NCBI GenBank assembly: GCA_035519565.1 | Contig: DATIWD010000025.1 | Location: forward strand, 7,061 to 71,060 | Direction of reading: 5' to 3' | DNA: 64,000 nt | Origin: Gemmatimonadales bacterium | GTDB taxonomy: Bacteria; Gemmatimonadota; Gemmatimonadetes; Gemmatimonadales; GWC2-71-9 | Shown: piece after piece, positions 30,401 through 39,176 of the stretch | How the letters are laid out: every line of letters begins with the position of its first letter | Position numbering within the stretch: the stretch's first letter is position 1 | Translations under genes and position numbers: made by a program | Notes under the pieces: model-generated | Told to the model about the DNA's origin: nothing | The model's database searches: none | What the model saw: only the letters and a program-made list of their open reading frames with translations

Positions 30401-30719
30401 GCGTCTCGACCCGCTCCCCCGCGATCTCGAGGTGGGGCTCCTCTTCCCCGAGCGATTCCCGCTGCGGATAGAGCGCCACCGCCAAGTCCGTCAACTGAGC
30501 CAGATCGCCCAGCCACCGCTCGGCGTCGGCTGGCGTCGGCGCCACCACGGTGAAGACCCGCTGCGGGAAATGTTTCGCGAGACCGCTCAGCAGGACGGCG
30601 GGGCTGGAGCCGGGGAGACCGGCGACTCGAAGCACGGTGCCGCGCGGAGGAAGGCGCTCGGCGATCGCGCGCGCAGCCGGCGTCCGCTCGAACGCGTCGA
30701 CGATGAAGGAGACGCTCAT
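27411..30719 (-). CDS. mfd: transcription-repair coupling factor Mfd
   Basis: 1102 aa. CarD-like RNAP-interacting domain (GDFVVHLEHGIGIY), DEAD/DEAH helicase motifs (GDVGYGKTE, VVDEEHRFG, TATPIPRT) and a TRCF C-terminal domain. Confidence 0.93.
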   Translation of the reverse strand: MSVSFIVDAFERTPAARAIAERLPPRGTVLRVAGLPGSSPAVLLSGLAKHFPQRVFTVVAPTPADAERWLGDLAQLTDLAVALYPQRESLGEEEPHLEIAGERVETLDALLHGRIRLLVTTVRATMERTQLPAVLSRARLRLAAVASGQRGAGPTLSEAVAQLGAMGYQRVPTVTEVAEFSVRGGIVDIYGFGMAFPARCEWWGDQLTSVRAFDLTSQRSLTPLDEVTVLPIRSQPQEPEEMQAERRTLLEVLPPETLLIQESPGPGREEVARAWQEAAHHLEVARRLGEITPTREELFEEPEGWLQRIAGFASLVLGEEPADLHAGLSPPERVDRDLPRLRTLLAGGQPTVILCDNEGQLERLDELLNEGPRGPTGAQLVVGSLDGGFVLPSLRVLTDHEIFRRARRLRRPRRYRQAAPSAATGVLALGDFVVHLEHGIGIYRGIQTITVGEAKLEVAVLEYEGGDLLNVPLYRLDQLERYRAAEDGSDRPPPRLHRLGGTSWQRVRDRTRGAIKDMAAELLDLYARRKVASGFAFPPDTKWQRELESSFLYEDTPDQRRATEEVKRDLEAPRPMDRLLVGDVGYGKTEIAVRAAFKAVQAGKQVAVLVPTTILADQHGRTFSERLVDFPVRIEVLSRFRTPREQKALLARLAAGEVDIVIGTHRLLSPDARFKDLGLLVVDEEHRFGVKHKERLRALRLSVHVLTLTATPIPRTLHMSLAGLRDLTIIETPPRDRSPILTFVEPWDDGLLEEALARELDRGGQTFFVHNRIETINTIAERVRALAPRARVGVVHGQMPAEPLEEVMRQFVAGEVDVLVSTMIVESGLDVANANTMVVHDAHRFGLAQLYQLRGRVGRSHRRAYCYLLVPDLIDREAEERLKVLEHHTDLGAGYRIALKDLELRGAGDLLGAEQSGHAQAVGFDLYLRWLDETVRALKGQGEGEQPAPPEVVLDQPAHLPDDYVSEDDVKLDLYRRLARTTTPGDIEQLRDEMRERFGPLPAEAENLLHLSRLRILGARIGVQHLLVHGEEARLSFRAGAVPRLAGLKVALDEVQLAAEVRRTVPLALRLTRLGGEPMTPALVRALRAAVGPEPVLAPASQ

Positions 30720-32497
30720 GCCCGCGAGCCTCGCCCGCTCGCGACCAGCAGCTCGACCAGCCCCAGGGTCAGGGCCAGCCAGAGCAGCGGCCCAGTCAGA
30801 TCCGCCCGGGCGCTCCCAAAGAACCCGGCAGTGGCTGCTTCGGTGGTGGAGACGATCCGGGTTCCCGGCCAGAGCCCGCGGATCTGGGAATCGGTGGCAC
30901 GCGTCAGCTCGGATTCACGGGGATCCGGATTCACCGAGAGGGCGCCCAGCGTGTCCCGGCCGGCGAGAAAGTAGTAGATCCCCGGTTCAGGAGGCCGGAA
31001 GCGGGCACCGCCTTCGACCGGCCACGTGCGATTGCCGGCGCGCACTTCCGTGGCCAGGTCCGGAACCGGCGCCGGATCGCCGGGCGCGGTTTCGACCGTA
31101 GCGACCTCGCCACGAGCCATTCGATTGACCAGCGCGTCGAGTAGTGGAATGAAGGCGGCCGAGACCGGGAGCGAGGTCCACTCCGGATCCAGCCGGCTGC
31201 CGATCAAGACCACGCGTCCGCTCCGTACGATCCAGGGCGCGCCACCCGCTGTCGCCAGCACCCCCGTACGGGCGTTCCCCACCGGTTCCAGTCCATAGCG
31301 ACGGAGCACCCGTTCGCGGCCCACCAGTTCCCCGCTGTCACTGGCCACCGCCTCCAGACTGAGGCGGCCGTAGCGCCAGGCGACTCCCCGTTCTCCCAGA
31401 CGGCGGTTGAGCACCTCGATGCCGGCGGGATCCTTGGGCGGCTCCACCACCGAGGCGTTGGGCCCCAGGAATCCGAGGGCGACCTCGCTCCCTCGACGGA
31501 AGCGACCGCCCGCCTGCAACACCTCGGCCGCTGCCAGCAGGTAGGGCTCGTCGGATGGCCACGCCACTCCGGCTACCGGCAGCACCCGAACCGCCGTCAC
31601 CCGCCGATCATCGGCCCGAACCTCGTCGGGATCCAGCTCAGCGGCGACCGGCCACCAGCCAGCTGGAACCGTCGGAGAGGAGATGCCGAGTGGAACTCCG
31701 GCACTCGCCAGCCCGCGGCGAGCCGGGCGATCGCCCACCCGAAGAGTCAGAGGAGCCGTTGCCTGGGCTGGGCCGGATACCAGGATTCGCACGGCTCCGC
31801 CATCAGTGGTCCACGGTTGATGACCCGGATCGATGCTGGTCACGCCCCAATTGGCAGGCGGGGAGCCGGAGGGGCGAACGGCCAGGACGGACAGGGCGGA
31901 CAAGGCGGGCAGGGCGGACAAGGCGGTCAACTGAAAATCCGAAACTACTACGATCTGGCCGGAGCCTCTGAGTACATCCTCTGCAGTCCGGAGGGCCTCG
32001 CCGAGGTCCATGCGGAGACTGAGAGGGGAGAGGCCCGCGACCGATTGACGCAGCGCCTCCGGCGAGCCGCGCCGAGGAATTCCATCCGCGGTGAGCAACC
32101 AGAGCGTGTCGGCCGGCGTCGCCTCGCTCAGGACTCGGCCAGCGGCCTCACGCAGCTGAGTCAGCACCGGGACGCCATCCACCACGGCTCCGCTGCTCAG
32201 GCTGTTGTCCACCACCAGGACCAGCGCGCCGGGAACATGCCCCGCCCCGAGCCGGGTATCCACATGCGGGCCTGAAGCCCCCAGCACCAGGGCCAGCACC
32301 AGCAGGGTGCGAAGAATCAGCAGGAGATAGTTCTGGACCTTGAGCCGGCGTTCGTGACGGCGGGCCGTCTCCATCAGGTACCGCACCGCTGGAAACTCGA
32401 GGGCGGGAGGCTCACGGCGGGCCAGCAGGTGGAGCAGCAGGGGAAGCCCGGCAGCCGCCAATCCGAGCAGCACCCAGGGATGCAGAAACCCGATCAC
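30716..32497 (-). CDS. BatA-like membrane protein (aerotolerance-regulator N-terminal domain)
   Basis: 593 aa. The N-terminus MIGFLHPWVLLGLAAAGLPLLLHLLARR matches the BatA_N signature. A C-terminal TM is present. It contains the in-frame 9-nt array R6, encoding LTALSALPALSALSVLAV. Confidence 0.7.
   Translation of the reverse strand: MIGFLHPWVLLGLAAAGLPLLLHLLARREPPALEFPAVRYLMETARRHERRLKVQNYLLLILRTLLVLALVLGASGPHVDTRLGAGHVPGALVLVVDNSLSSGAVVDGVPVLTQLREAAGRVLSEATPADTLWLLTADGIPRRGSPEALRQSVAGLSPLSLRMDLGEALRTAEDVLRGSGQIVVVSDFQLTALSALPALSALSVLAVRPSGSPPANWGVTSIDPGHQPWTTDGGAVRILVSGPAQATAPLTLRVGDRPARRGLASAGVPLGISSPTVPAGWWPVAAELDPDEVRADDRRVTAVRVLPVAGVAWPSDEPYLLAAAEVLQAGGRFRRGSEVALGFLGPNASVVEPPKDPAGIEVLNRRLGERGVAWRYGRLSLEAVASDSGELVGRERVLRRYGLEPVGNARTGVLATAGGAPWIVRSGRVVLIGSRLDPEWTSLPVSAAFIPLLDALVNRMARGEVATVETAPGDPAPVPDLATEVRAGNRTWPVEGGARFRPPEPGIYYFLAGRDTLGALSVNPDPRESELTRATDSQIRGLWPGTRIVSTTEAATAGFFGSARADLTGPLLWLALTLGLVELLVASGRGSRA
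31880..31933. repeat. 9-nt periodic array R6 (G-rich on + strand) inside the BatA-like CDS
   Basis: ggccaggac ggacagggc ggacaaggc gggcagggc ggacaaggc ggtcaactg. Confidence 0.8.
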
Positions 32498-33420
32498 ACG
32501 GCGGCGGGCGCTTGAGTCAACGCCGCCCGGAGCGCGAGTCCGAACGGCGTATCGGTGGTGATCCGGAAGTAGTGAATGTCTTCACGCCGGCAGGCCAGGA
32601 GCCACGCGCGGACGGCGGCTTCCACCGTCGCCTCGTAAGCGGCGGCCCAGTCCTTGGGGCGGAGCGTGACGGCGCGCCCTGTTTCCGGATCGACGAATCG
32701 CGCCTCTGCCGGCCCGCTCAACCGAACCTCCGCGGGATCCATGAGATGCAGCACCATGACCTGGTGGCCCCGGTGGCGCAGAAAGCGCAGCGCCTGGAGC
32801 GCCAGCTCCTGGTCCAGGAGAAGGTCGGAGATCAGGACCACGAGGCCCCGGCGCCGCAACAGATCCACGACCCGGCGGAGGGCCGGTTCCGCGGCGGTGC
32901 CCTTCCCCGCCGTCGTGGCGGACAGCACCCGCAGCAGCTGGTGCCAATGGGTGGTGCGGGCCCGGGCCGGGGTCACCGAGCGGACCGCCTCATCGAAGGT
33001 GATCAGACCCACCGCGTCGCGCTGCCGGAGCAGGACCAGCGCCAGTGCGGCGGCCAGTCGCTGAGCATAGGCCAGCTTGGTCAGGACCGAGCCGGGAGCG
33101 CCGGTCCATCCCATCGACTGGCTGACGTCGAGGACCAGGATGGCCCTGAGATTGGTCTCCTCTTCGAACTGCTTGACGTAGAGCCGGTCGGCGCGGCCCA
33201 GGATCTTCCAGTCCACGTAACGGGGCTCGTCGCCCGGCTGGTACATCCGGTGCTCGGCGAATTCGACCGAAAAGCCGCGCCGGGGGGAGCGATGGAGACC
33301 CGCCAGGAAGCCCTCGACCACCCCCTGGGTCACCAATTCCAGCCCACCCAGCCGGGCGACTTCATGGGGGTCCAGCAGGTCGAGGCGGGGGCGCTCACTC
33401 GGGGGGGAAACCGGAGCCAT
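32494..33420 (-). CDS. DUF58 domain protein (vWA-like, MoxR-system associated family)
   Basis: Track ORF 32494..33561 trimmed to MAPVSPPSERP (ATG at 33420). Typical DUF58 core (GFSVEFAEHRMYQPGDEPRYVDWK, LVLDVSQSMGW). First gene of the operon. No MoxR ATPase lies adjacent. Confidence 0.8.
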   Translation of the reverse strand: MAPVSPPSERPRLDLLDPHEVARLGGLELVTQGVVEGFLAGLHRSPRRGFSVEFAEHRMYQPGDEPRYVDWKILGRADRLYVKQFEEETNLRAILVLDVSQSMGWTGAPGSVLTKLAYAQRLAAALALVLLRQRDAVGLITFDEAVRSVTPARARTTHWHQLLRVLSATTAGKGTAAEPALRRVVDLLRRRGLVVLISDLLLDQELALQALRFLRHRGHQVMVLHLMDPAEVRLSGPAEARFVDPETGRAVTLRPKDWAAAYEATVEAAVRAWLLACRREDIHYFRITTDTPFGLALRAALTQAPAAV

Positions 33421-33614
33421 GGCGGGCGCAACGTATCCCCCTGAGCCAGATGAAGTCAACGCGCGCCGGCCTTGTCCCCGCGACCGGACGGCGGGGTCAT
33501 GTTCCGGCCAGGGACACGGGGGCGAATCCATTACCGCACAATCTGTTAGACTACAGGCCATCGTGGCACAGCCCCTGCGCTTGGGGCCGCCGTTTTCCCG
33601 ATCGGAGTTCTTCC

Positions 33615-34676
33615 GTGGTCCACTTGCTCCTCGCCCTTGCGGGCTTCGCAGTCGCCCCGGCTCCAGCCGACGACGACCGCCCGCATCTGCGCCTGTGGAC
33701 CAACCACGAAGATCCCTACCGCCAGGGCGAGTCGGCCCGGGTGTACCTCCAAGTCGACCGCGACGCCTTTGTCACCGTAGTCCGGGTCGATACTGACGGC
33801 CGGATGCGGATTCTGTTTCCGGCCGAGCCCTGGGGAGAGAATCGGGCTCGGGGCGGACGCAGCTTCGAGGTCGTGGGGCCCGATGGAGAACCGACCTTCG
33901 AGGTCGATGACGACCCGGGGCTGGGATACGTGTTCGCGGTAGCCAGTGTCGAGCCCTTCAACTATGACGCGTTCACGGCCCGGAACCGCTGGGACTACCG
34001 GGTGGTCGAGGATGGCTGGGTTCGCGGCGACCCATATGTGGCGCTGGGCGACTTCGCGGCCCAGATCGCGGGCGGCGCCCATTACGACTACGACGTCACT
34101 TCCTATTCCGTCGATCGCGTTTACACCTACCCCAGGTTTCTCTGTTACGACTGTCACTCCCACCTGAGCTACTCGGCCTGGGATCCCTACCAGGCCTTCT
34201 GCACCCGATTTCGATTGGTGGTCTACGACGACCCCTACTACTACCCGTACTCCCACTACGGACGGAACGTGGTGATGGTGCGGCCGCTGCGCCCGGGGCC
34301 CCGGTTCGTTTTCAAGGACCCCGGGACTTACGGCGCGGTGGTGACGACGGTGCCGAACCGGCCGCGTCCCGGACTCGAGGCGAGTGAACAAGGCCCCGAT
34401 CGAAGCAGCCTTGACTTCGGCGGCCATGGAGCGGTGCCTGCCCCAGTCGAGCCCAGGATTCGCCCGCCGGTCAGCGCTCCCGCTCCGTCCGGTGCCATGG
34501 CACCACGCGGCGCACCGCCCCCGGAGCCTCCCCGATCGCTGGGCCCCACCACCTCACAACCGCGCATCCAGCCGGAGGCGCCGAAGGGGAAGCAACCGGC
34601 ACCAGTCAAAGGCGAGAAGCCCAAGACCCACCCCAGCGGGAAGCCCAAGACCGAACGCCGCCCGGAGAAGCACTAA
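33615..34676 (+). CDS. hypothetical secreted protein, DUF4384-like N-terminal domain, Pro/Lys-rich tail
   Basis: In-frame GTG at 33615 gives (M)VHLLLALAGFAVAPAPA, a signal peptide. The segment VYLQVDRDAFVTVVRVDTDGRMRILFP resembles DUF4384. A Tyr/Cys-rich middle section (FLCYDCHSHLSY) is followed by a Pro/Lys-rich C-terminus. Confidence 0.5.
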   Translation: MVHLLLALAGFAVAPAPADDDRPHLRLWTNHEDPYRQGESARVYLQVDRDAFVTVVRVDTDGRMRILFPAEPWGENRARGGRSFEVVGPDGEPTFEVDDDPGLGYVFAVASVEPFNYDAFTARNRWDYRVVEDGWVRGDPYVALGDFAAQIAGGAHYDYDVTSYSVDRVYTYPRFLCYDCHSHLSYSAWDPYQAFCTRFRLVVYDDPYYYPYSHYGRNVVMVRPLRPGPRFVFKDPGTYGAVVTTVPNRPRPGLEASEQGPDRSSLDFGGHGAVPAPVEPRIRPPVSAPAPSGAMAPRGAPPPEPPRSLGPTTSQPRIQPEAPKGKQPAPVKGEKPKTHPSGKPKTERRPEKH

Positions 34677-34748
34677 GCGGCCGCGGTTCCCTCGCCCTAC
34701 CGACTACAATACAATTCTGCCCGTCGCCACCCCTCGCTGAGGACCGGC

Positions 34749-36275
34749 ATGGCTTTTCTTCCGAATGGTGCGGTTCGCAGGCTCGCCCTGACCGCGGGCC
34801 TGTTGCCGCTCCCCACGCTCCTCGCGGGCCAGAGCGCGCATGGCGCGGCCACCATCAGGGCGGAGGATATCGCCCAACGGATCCGGATCATTTCCGACGA
34901 CTCCATGATGGGGCGGGACACGCCGAGTCGGGGACTGGATCTCACCGCGCAGTTCGTCGCTCAGGAGTTCAAGAAGGCGGGACTCAAGCCGGCAGGCGAG
35001 GGAGGAACCTGGTTCCAGCGGTACCGGATTCAGCGGCGCCAGTTGGACCTCTCGGCCTCGAAGCTGGTCCTGCAGGTCGGCGGCAACCGGACCGAGGCCT
35101 CCTTCACCTCATCCGTGCGCCATGTGACGGGCCAGCTGCCGGAGCAGCCGGTGACCGCTCGAGTGGTGCTCCTGGGAGGACGAGCCACGGAGGACCAGGT
35201 GTTGGGTCTTCCGTGCCGGGATCGGGTGGTCGTCGTCGTCCTGGAGCACGCCACTGCGCTCTCCCCAACCGCCAACCTGGTGCTCCGCCGCCTCTACGAG
35301 CAGTCGCCCATGGCATTGCTATGGGGCTCCATGGACGGCCCGGCCGAGTTTGCCGCCCGGCTCCCGAAGAAGGCGCCCGAACGATTGGTGATCGGAATTC
35401 CCAACGAGCGGCCCGCCGTGCTCGAGCTCCCCGAGGCCGCCCTGGCCGGTCTGCTCGCCGCCGCCGGGCGCACGGCAGCCCAGCTCCGCAGCAGCCAGGA
35501 GCAGGTGTTCCAGGAGATCCCGGACGCCACGGTCAAATTCGACCTGACTGACGTGGTCGTCTCGGCCGATTCCGCGCCCAATACCATCGGCATGCTGGTC
35601 GGAAGCGACCCCGTGCTCAGGAACCAGTACGTGATGTTCAGCGCGCACATGGATCACCTGGGGATCCTGCGGGGTCAGCCGGACAGCATTGCCAACGGCG
35701 CCGACGACAACGCCTCGGGAACCACGGGCGTAATCACTCTGGCCCGCGCCTTCGCCTCCGCCCCCAAGCGGCCGCGCCGGTCCCTGGTGTTCATGACGGT
35801 GAGCGGCGAGGAGAAGGGCCTCTGGGGCAGCCGCTACTTCCTCGACCATCCCACCGTTCCCGTGGACAGCATCGTGGCCGACCTCAATACGGACATGATC
35901 GGCCGCAACTGGCGGGACACCATCGCGGTCATCGGGAAGGAGCACTCCGACCTGGGGACCACACTGGCCCGGGTCGCCGCCGCGCATCCCGAGCTCAACA
36001 TGACGCCGGTCGCCGATCAGTGGCCCAGCGAGCTGCTGTTCTATCGCTCCGATCACTACAACTTCGCCCGGGAAGGAGTACCGATCCTCTTCTTCTTCAA
36101 CGGGCTTCACGACGATTACCACAAGGTCACCGACAGCGCCGACAAGATCGACGCCGAAAAGGAGTCGCGGATCGTCAAACTGGTCTACTACGTGGGGGAA
36201 ACGGTCGCCAACACGACGGCGCGGCCCCAGTGGAACCCGGAGAGCTATCGGCACATCGTGCAGGGCGAGCGTTAG
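34749..36275 (+). CDS. M28-family aminopeptidase with PA domain
   Basis: 508 aa. Signal peptide and zinc ligand motifs (FSAHMDHLG, DDNASGT, SGEEKGLWGS, RSDHYNF, HKVTD). Confidence 0.8.
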   Translation: MAFLPNGAVRRLALTAGLLPLPTLLAGQSAHGAATIRAEDIAQRIRIISDDSMMGRDTPSRGLDLTAQFVAQEFKKAGLKPAGEGGTWFQRYRIQRRQLDLSASKLVLQVGGNRTEASFTSSVRHVTGQLPEQPVTARVVLLGGRATEDQVLGLPCRDRVVVVVLEHATALSPTANLVLRRLYEQSPMALLWGSMDGPAEFAARLPKKAPERLVIGIPNERPAVLELPEAALAGLLAAAGRTAAQLRSSQEQVFQEIPDATVKFDLTDVVVSADSAPNTIGMLVGSDPVLRNQYVMFSAHMDHLGILRGQPDSIANGADDNASGTTGVITLARAFASAPKRPRRSLVFMTVSGEEKGLWGSRYFLDHPTVPVDSIVADLNTDMIGRNWRDTIAVIGKEHSDLGTTLARVAAAHPELNMTPVADQWPSELLFYRSDHYNFAREGVPILFFFNGLHDDYHKVTDSADKIDAEKESRIVKLVYYVGETVANTTARPQWNPESYRHIVQGER

Positions 36276-36311
36276 GCGGTTCGGCCGGACCTCCTACCCT
36301 TATATTGGGGC

Positions 36312-38111
36312 ATGTCTCAACAGCAAATCCGCAACTTCTGCATCGTCGCCCACATCGATCACGGGAAATCCACGCTGGCCGACCGGCTCATCGAGGCCAC
36401 CGGCGCGGTCGAGAAGCGGCTGATGCGGGAGCAGCTGCTGGACACCATGGACCTGGAGCGTGAGCGCGGCATCACCATCAAGCTCAACGCCGTGCGGATG
36501 CAGTACGCCGCCAAAGACGGGTTCACCTACGAGCTCAATCTGATCGACACCCCCGGCCACGTCGATTTCACCTACGAGGTCTCCCGGTCACTCGCGGCCT
36601 GCGAGGGAGCCATCCTGGTGGTGGACGCGTCGCAGGGGGTCCAAGCGCAGACGCTGTCGAATCTCTTCCTCGCCCTCGACGCGGGCCTGGAAATCATTCC
36701 GGTGCTCAACAAGATCGATCTCCCCGGCGCCGAGCCCGAGCGGCGGGCGCGGGAGATCGTGGACCTGATCGGGGTCAGGCGCGAAGAGATTCTCGCCGTG
36801 TCCGCCAAGGAAGGAACCGGGATCCCCGAGTTGCTCGAGGCCATCGTGGAGCGGGTCCCGCCACCCGGCGGCGTGGAAGATGCACCGCTCCGGGCCCTGA
36901 TCTTCGATTCCTATTTCGATCGCTACCGGGGCGCCATTCCCAGTATCCGCGTGGTCGACGGCGTCGTGAGACAGGGCATGGACATCGCCTTCGGGTCCCA
37001 TCCAGACGACGTCTACACCGTTGACGAGGTCGGGTACCTCCAGCTGGGCCAGCGCCCCGCCGACCAGCTCGAAGCCGGCGAGGTCGGCTACCTGGTGGCC
37101 AACCTGCGCAGCGTGAGCGACACCCGCGTGGGCGACACGGTGCTCGACGCCAACGAGCGCGCGGCGGAGCTGCTCCCCGGCTATCGGGAAGTCAAATCGA
37201 TGGTGTTCGCCGGTCTCTATCCCACCGACTCCGACCAGTACGAGGGACTGCGCGACGCGCTGGAGAAGCTCAAGCTCAACGACGCCAGCCTCCACTACGA
37301 GCCTGAATCCTCGGTCGCCCTCGGGTTCGGCTTCCGCTGCGGCTTCCTCGGCCTCCTCCACATGGAGATCGTGCAAGAACGCCTGGAGCGGGAATTCGAC
37401 CTGGACCTGATCACCACCGTGCCCACCGTGGAATACCACGTCTACATGACCGGCGGAGACATGATGGTCCTGGAGTCCCCGGTCAAATTGCCCGACGCGT
37501 CGTCGATCGATCGCATCGAGGAGCCGTTCGTCAAGGCGCGAATCCTGGCGCCCGCCGAATACATCGGCGCCATCATGCGGCTGGGGCAGGATCGGCGCGG
37601 CGTGTACCTCGGGATGAAATACCTGGACGCGACCCGGGTGGAGTTCGACTGGGAGTTCCCGCTGGGAGAGATCGTCCTCGACTTCTACGACAAGCTCAAG
37701 GGACTGAGCCGGGGCTACGCCTCACTCGACTATGAGCTGGCCGGGTACCGCGAGGCCGACCTGGTCCGACTGGATCTGCTGATCAACGGAGACCCGGTCG
37801 ATGCCTTCAGTGTCATCATCCATCGGGACAAGGCCTACGATTGGGGCCGCAAGGTGGCGGAGAAACTGAAGGAATTGATCCCCCGGCAACTCTACCAGGT
37901 GATCATCCAGGCGGCTCTCGGTCAGAAGATCATCGCCCGGGAGACCATCTCCGCCCTCCGGAAGGACGTCCTGGCCAAGTGCTACGGCGGGGACGTGACC
38001 CGCAAGCGCAAGCTGCTGGAGAAACAGAAAGAAGGAAAGAAGCGGATGAAGCAGCTGGGCTCCGTGGAGATTCCACAGGAGGCCTTCCTCGCCGTGCTCC
38101 AGGTGGACTGA
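36312..38111 (+). CDS. lepA: elongation factor 4 (LepA)
   Basis: 599 aa ([34 protein letters not shown]) with the LepA C-terminal domain ending ...[13 protein letters not shown]. Confidence 0.95.
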   Translation: MSQQQIRNFCIVAHIDHGKSTLADRLIEATGAVEKRLMREQLLDTMDLERERGITIKLNAVRMQYAAKDGFTYELNLIDTPGHVDFTYEVSRSLAACEGAILVVDASQGVQAQTLSNLFLALDAGLEIIPVLNKIDLPGAEPERRAREIVDLIGVRREEILAVSAKEGTGIPELLEAIVERVPPPGGVEDAPLRALIFDSYFDRYRGAIPSIRVVDGVVRQGMDIAFGSHPDDVYTVDEVGYLQLGQRPADQLEAGEVGYLVANLRSVSDTRVGDTVLDANERAAELLPGYREVKSMVFAGLYPTDSDQYEGLRDALEKLKLNDASLHYEPESSVALGFGFRCGFLGLLHMEIVQERLEREFDLDLITTVPTVEYHVYMTGGDMMVLESPVKLPDASSIDRIEEPFVKARILAPAEYIGAIMRLGQDRRGVYLGMKYLDATRVEFDWEFPLGEIVLDFYDKLKGLSRGYASLDYELAGYREADLVRLDLLINGDPVDAFSVIIHRDKAYDWGRKVAEKLKELIPRQLYQVIIQAALGQKIIARETISALRKDVLAKCYGGDVTRKRKLLEKQKEGKKRMKQLGSVEIPQEAFLAVLQVD

Positions 38112-38123
38112 GGCAAAGCGGCG

Positions 38124-39176
38124 GTGAACCGGGAGCCGGACGCGTCGAGCACCGAGAGAGGCAGGACCCTGGTCATCCAGACCGCCTTCATCGGCGACGT
38201 GGTGCTGACCATTCCCCTGCTCCAGATGCTGGCGGCGCGCCACGGGCCGGTGGACGTCGTCACCACTCCCGCGTCGGCATCCCTGGTCGAGGCGCACCCG
38301 GCGGTGCGGCGGGTCATTCCGTACGACAAGCGGGGTGCCGACCGCGGCTGGCCCGGGTTCCGGCGGATGGTCCGAACCCTGCGCGACAACCAGTACCGTC
38401 GAGTCTACCTGGCCCACCGCTCCTGGCGCTCGGCGGCCCTTGCCTGGCTGGCCCGGATCCCGGAACGGATCGGGTTTGCGGATGCGCCGGGAGCGCCCAG
38501 CTATACCAGGAGAATCCCAACTCCTCAGGGCGTCCACGCCATCGAGCGCTACGAGGCGCTGGCCGAGCCGGGAGAGCGTCGGGTACCTGAGCCCTGGCTC
38601 GCACTCCCCGAACGCGACCGCCAGGCCGCGAATGCCTGGCTCCTGGCCCAGGGCATCGAAGGACCGTTCATCGCGATTGCCCCGGGATCGATCTGGGGAA
38701 CCAAGCGGTGGCCTTATTTTCCGGAGCTGGCGGCCAGGCTCACCCTGCCGGTCGTGGCGATCGGCGGAGCCCAGGACGAGGAGTTGGCGGCAGCCGTCGA
38801 GCGAGCCGCCGCGCGGGGAGCCAACGCGGCGGGCGCCCTGGGCCTGCGTGAATCGGCGGCGGTGGTGGAGCGGGCCGCAGTCCTGGTGACCAATGACTCG
38901 GCACCGCTCCATCTCGCGAGCGCGGTGGGGACGCCGATCGTGGCCATCTTTGGCCCTACGATACCGGCGTTCGGATTTGGCCCCATCCGCCCCGGCGACC
39001 GGGTGGTGGAGCATCCCGACATGCCGTGTCGGCCCTGCTCCCAGCACGGCCCCAAGGTCTGTCCCCTGGGACACCATCGCTGCATGAAGGAAGTGACGGT
39101 AGACCAGGTGTTGAACGCGTTGACTGAGGTCCAGAACGCGGGAGAGGCGCGCCGTGCGGTGCATCGTCGGAATTGA
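38124..39176 (+). CDS. glycosyltransferase family 9 (ADP-heptose:LPS heptosyltransferase)
   Basis: 350 aa (AFIGDVVLTIPLL, APGSIWGTKRWP, VTNDSAPLHLASAVGTPIVAIFGPT). Confidence 0.8.
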   Translation: MNREPDASSTERGRTLVIQTAFIGDVVLTIPLLQMLAARHGPVDVVTTPASASLVEAHPAVRRVIPYDKRGADRGWPGFRRMVRTLRDNQYRRVYLAHRSWRSAALAWLARIPERIGFADAPGAPSYTRRIPTPQGVHAIERYEALAEPGERRVPEPWLALPERDRQAANAWLLAQGIEGPFIAIAPGSIWGTKRWPYFPELAARLTLPVVAIGGAQDEELAAAVERAAARGANAAGALGLRESAAVVERAAVLVTNDSAPLHLASAVGTPIVAIFGPTIPAFGFGPIRPGDRVVEHPDMPCRPCSQHGPKVCPLGHHRCMKEVTVDQVLNALTEVQNAGEARRAVHRRN

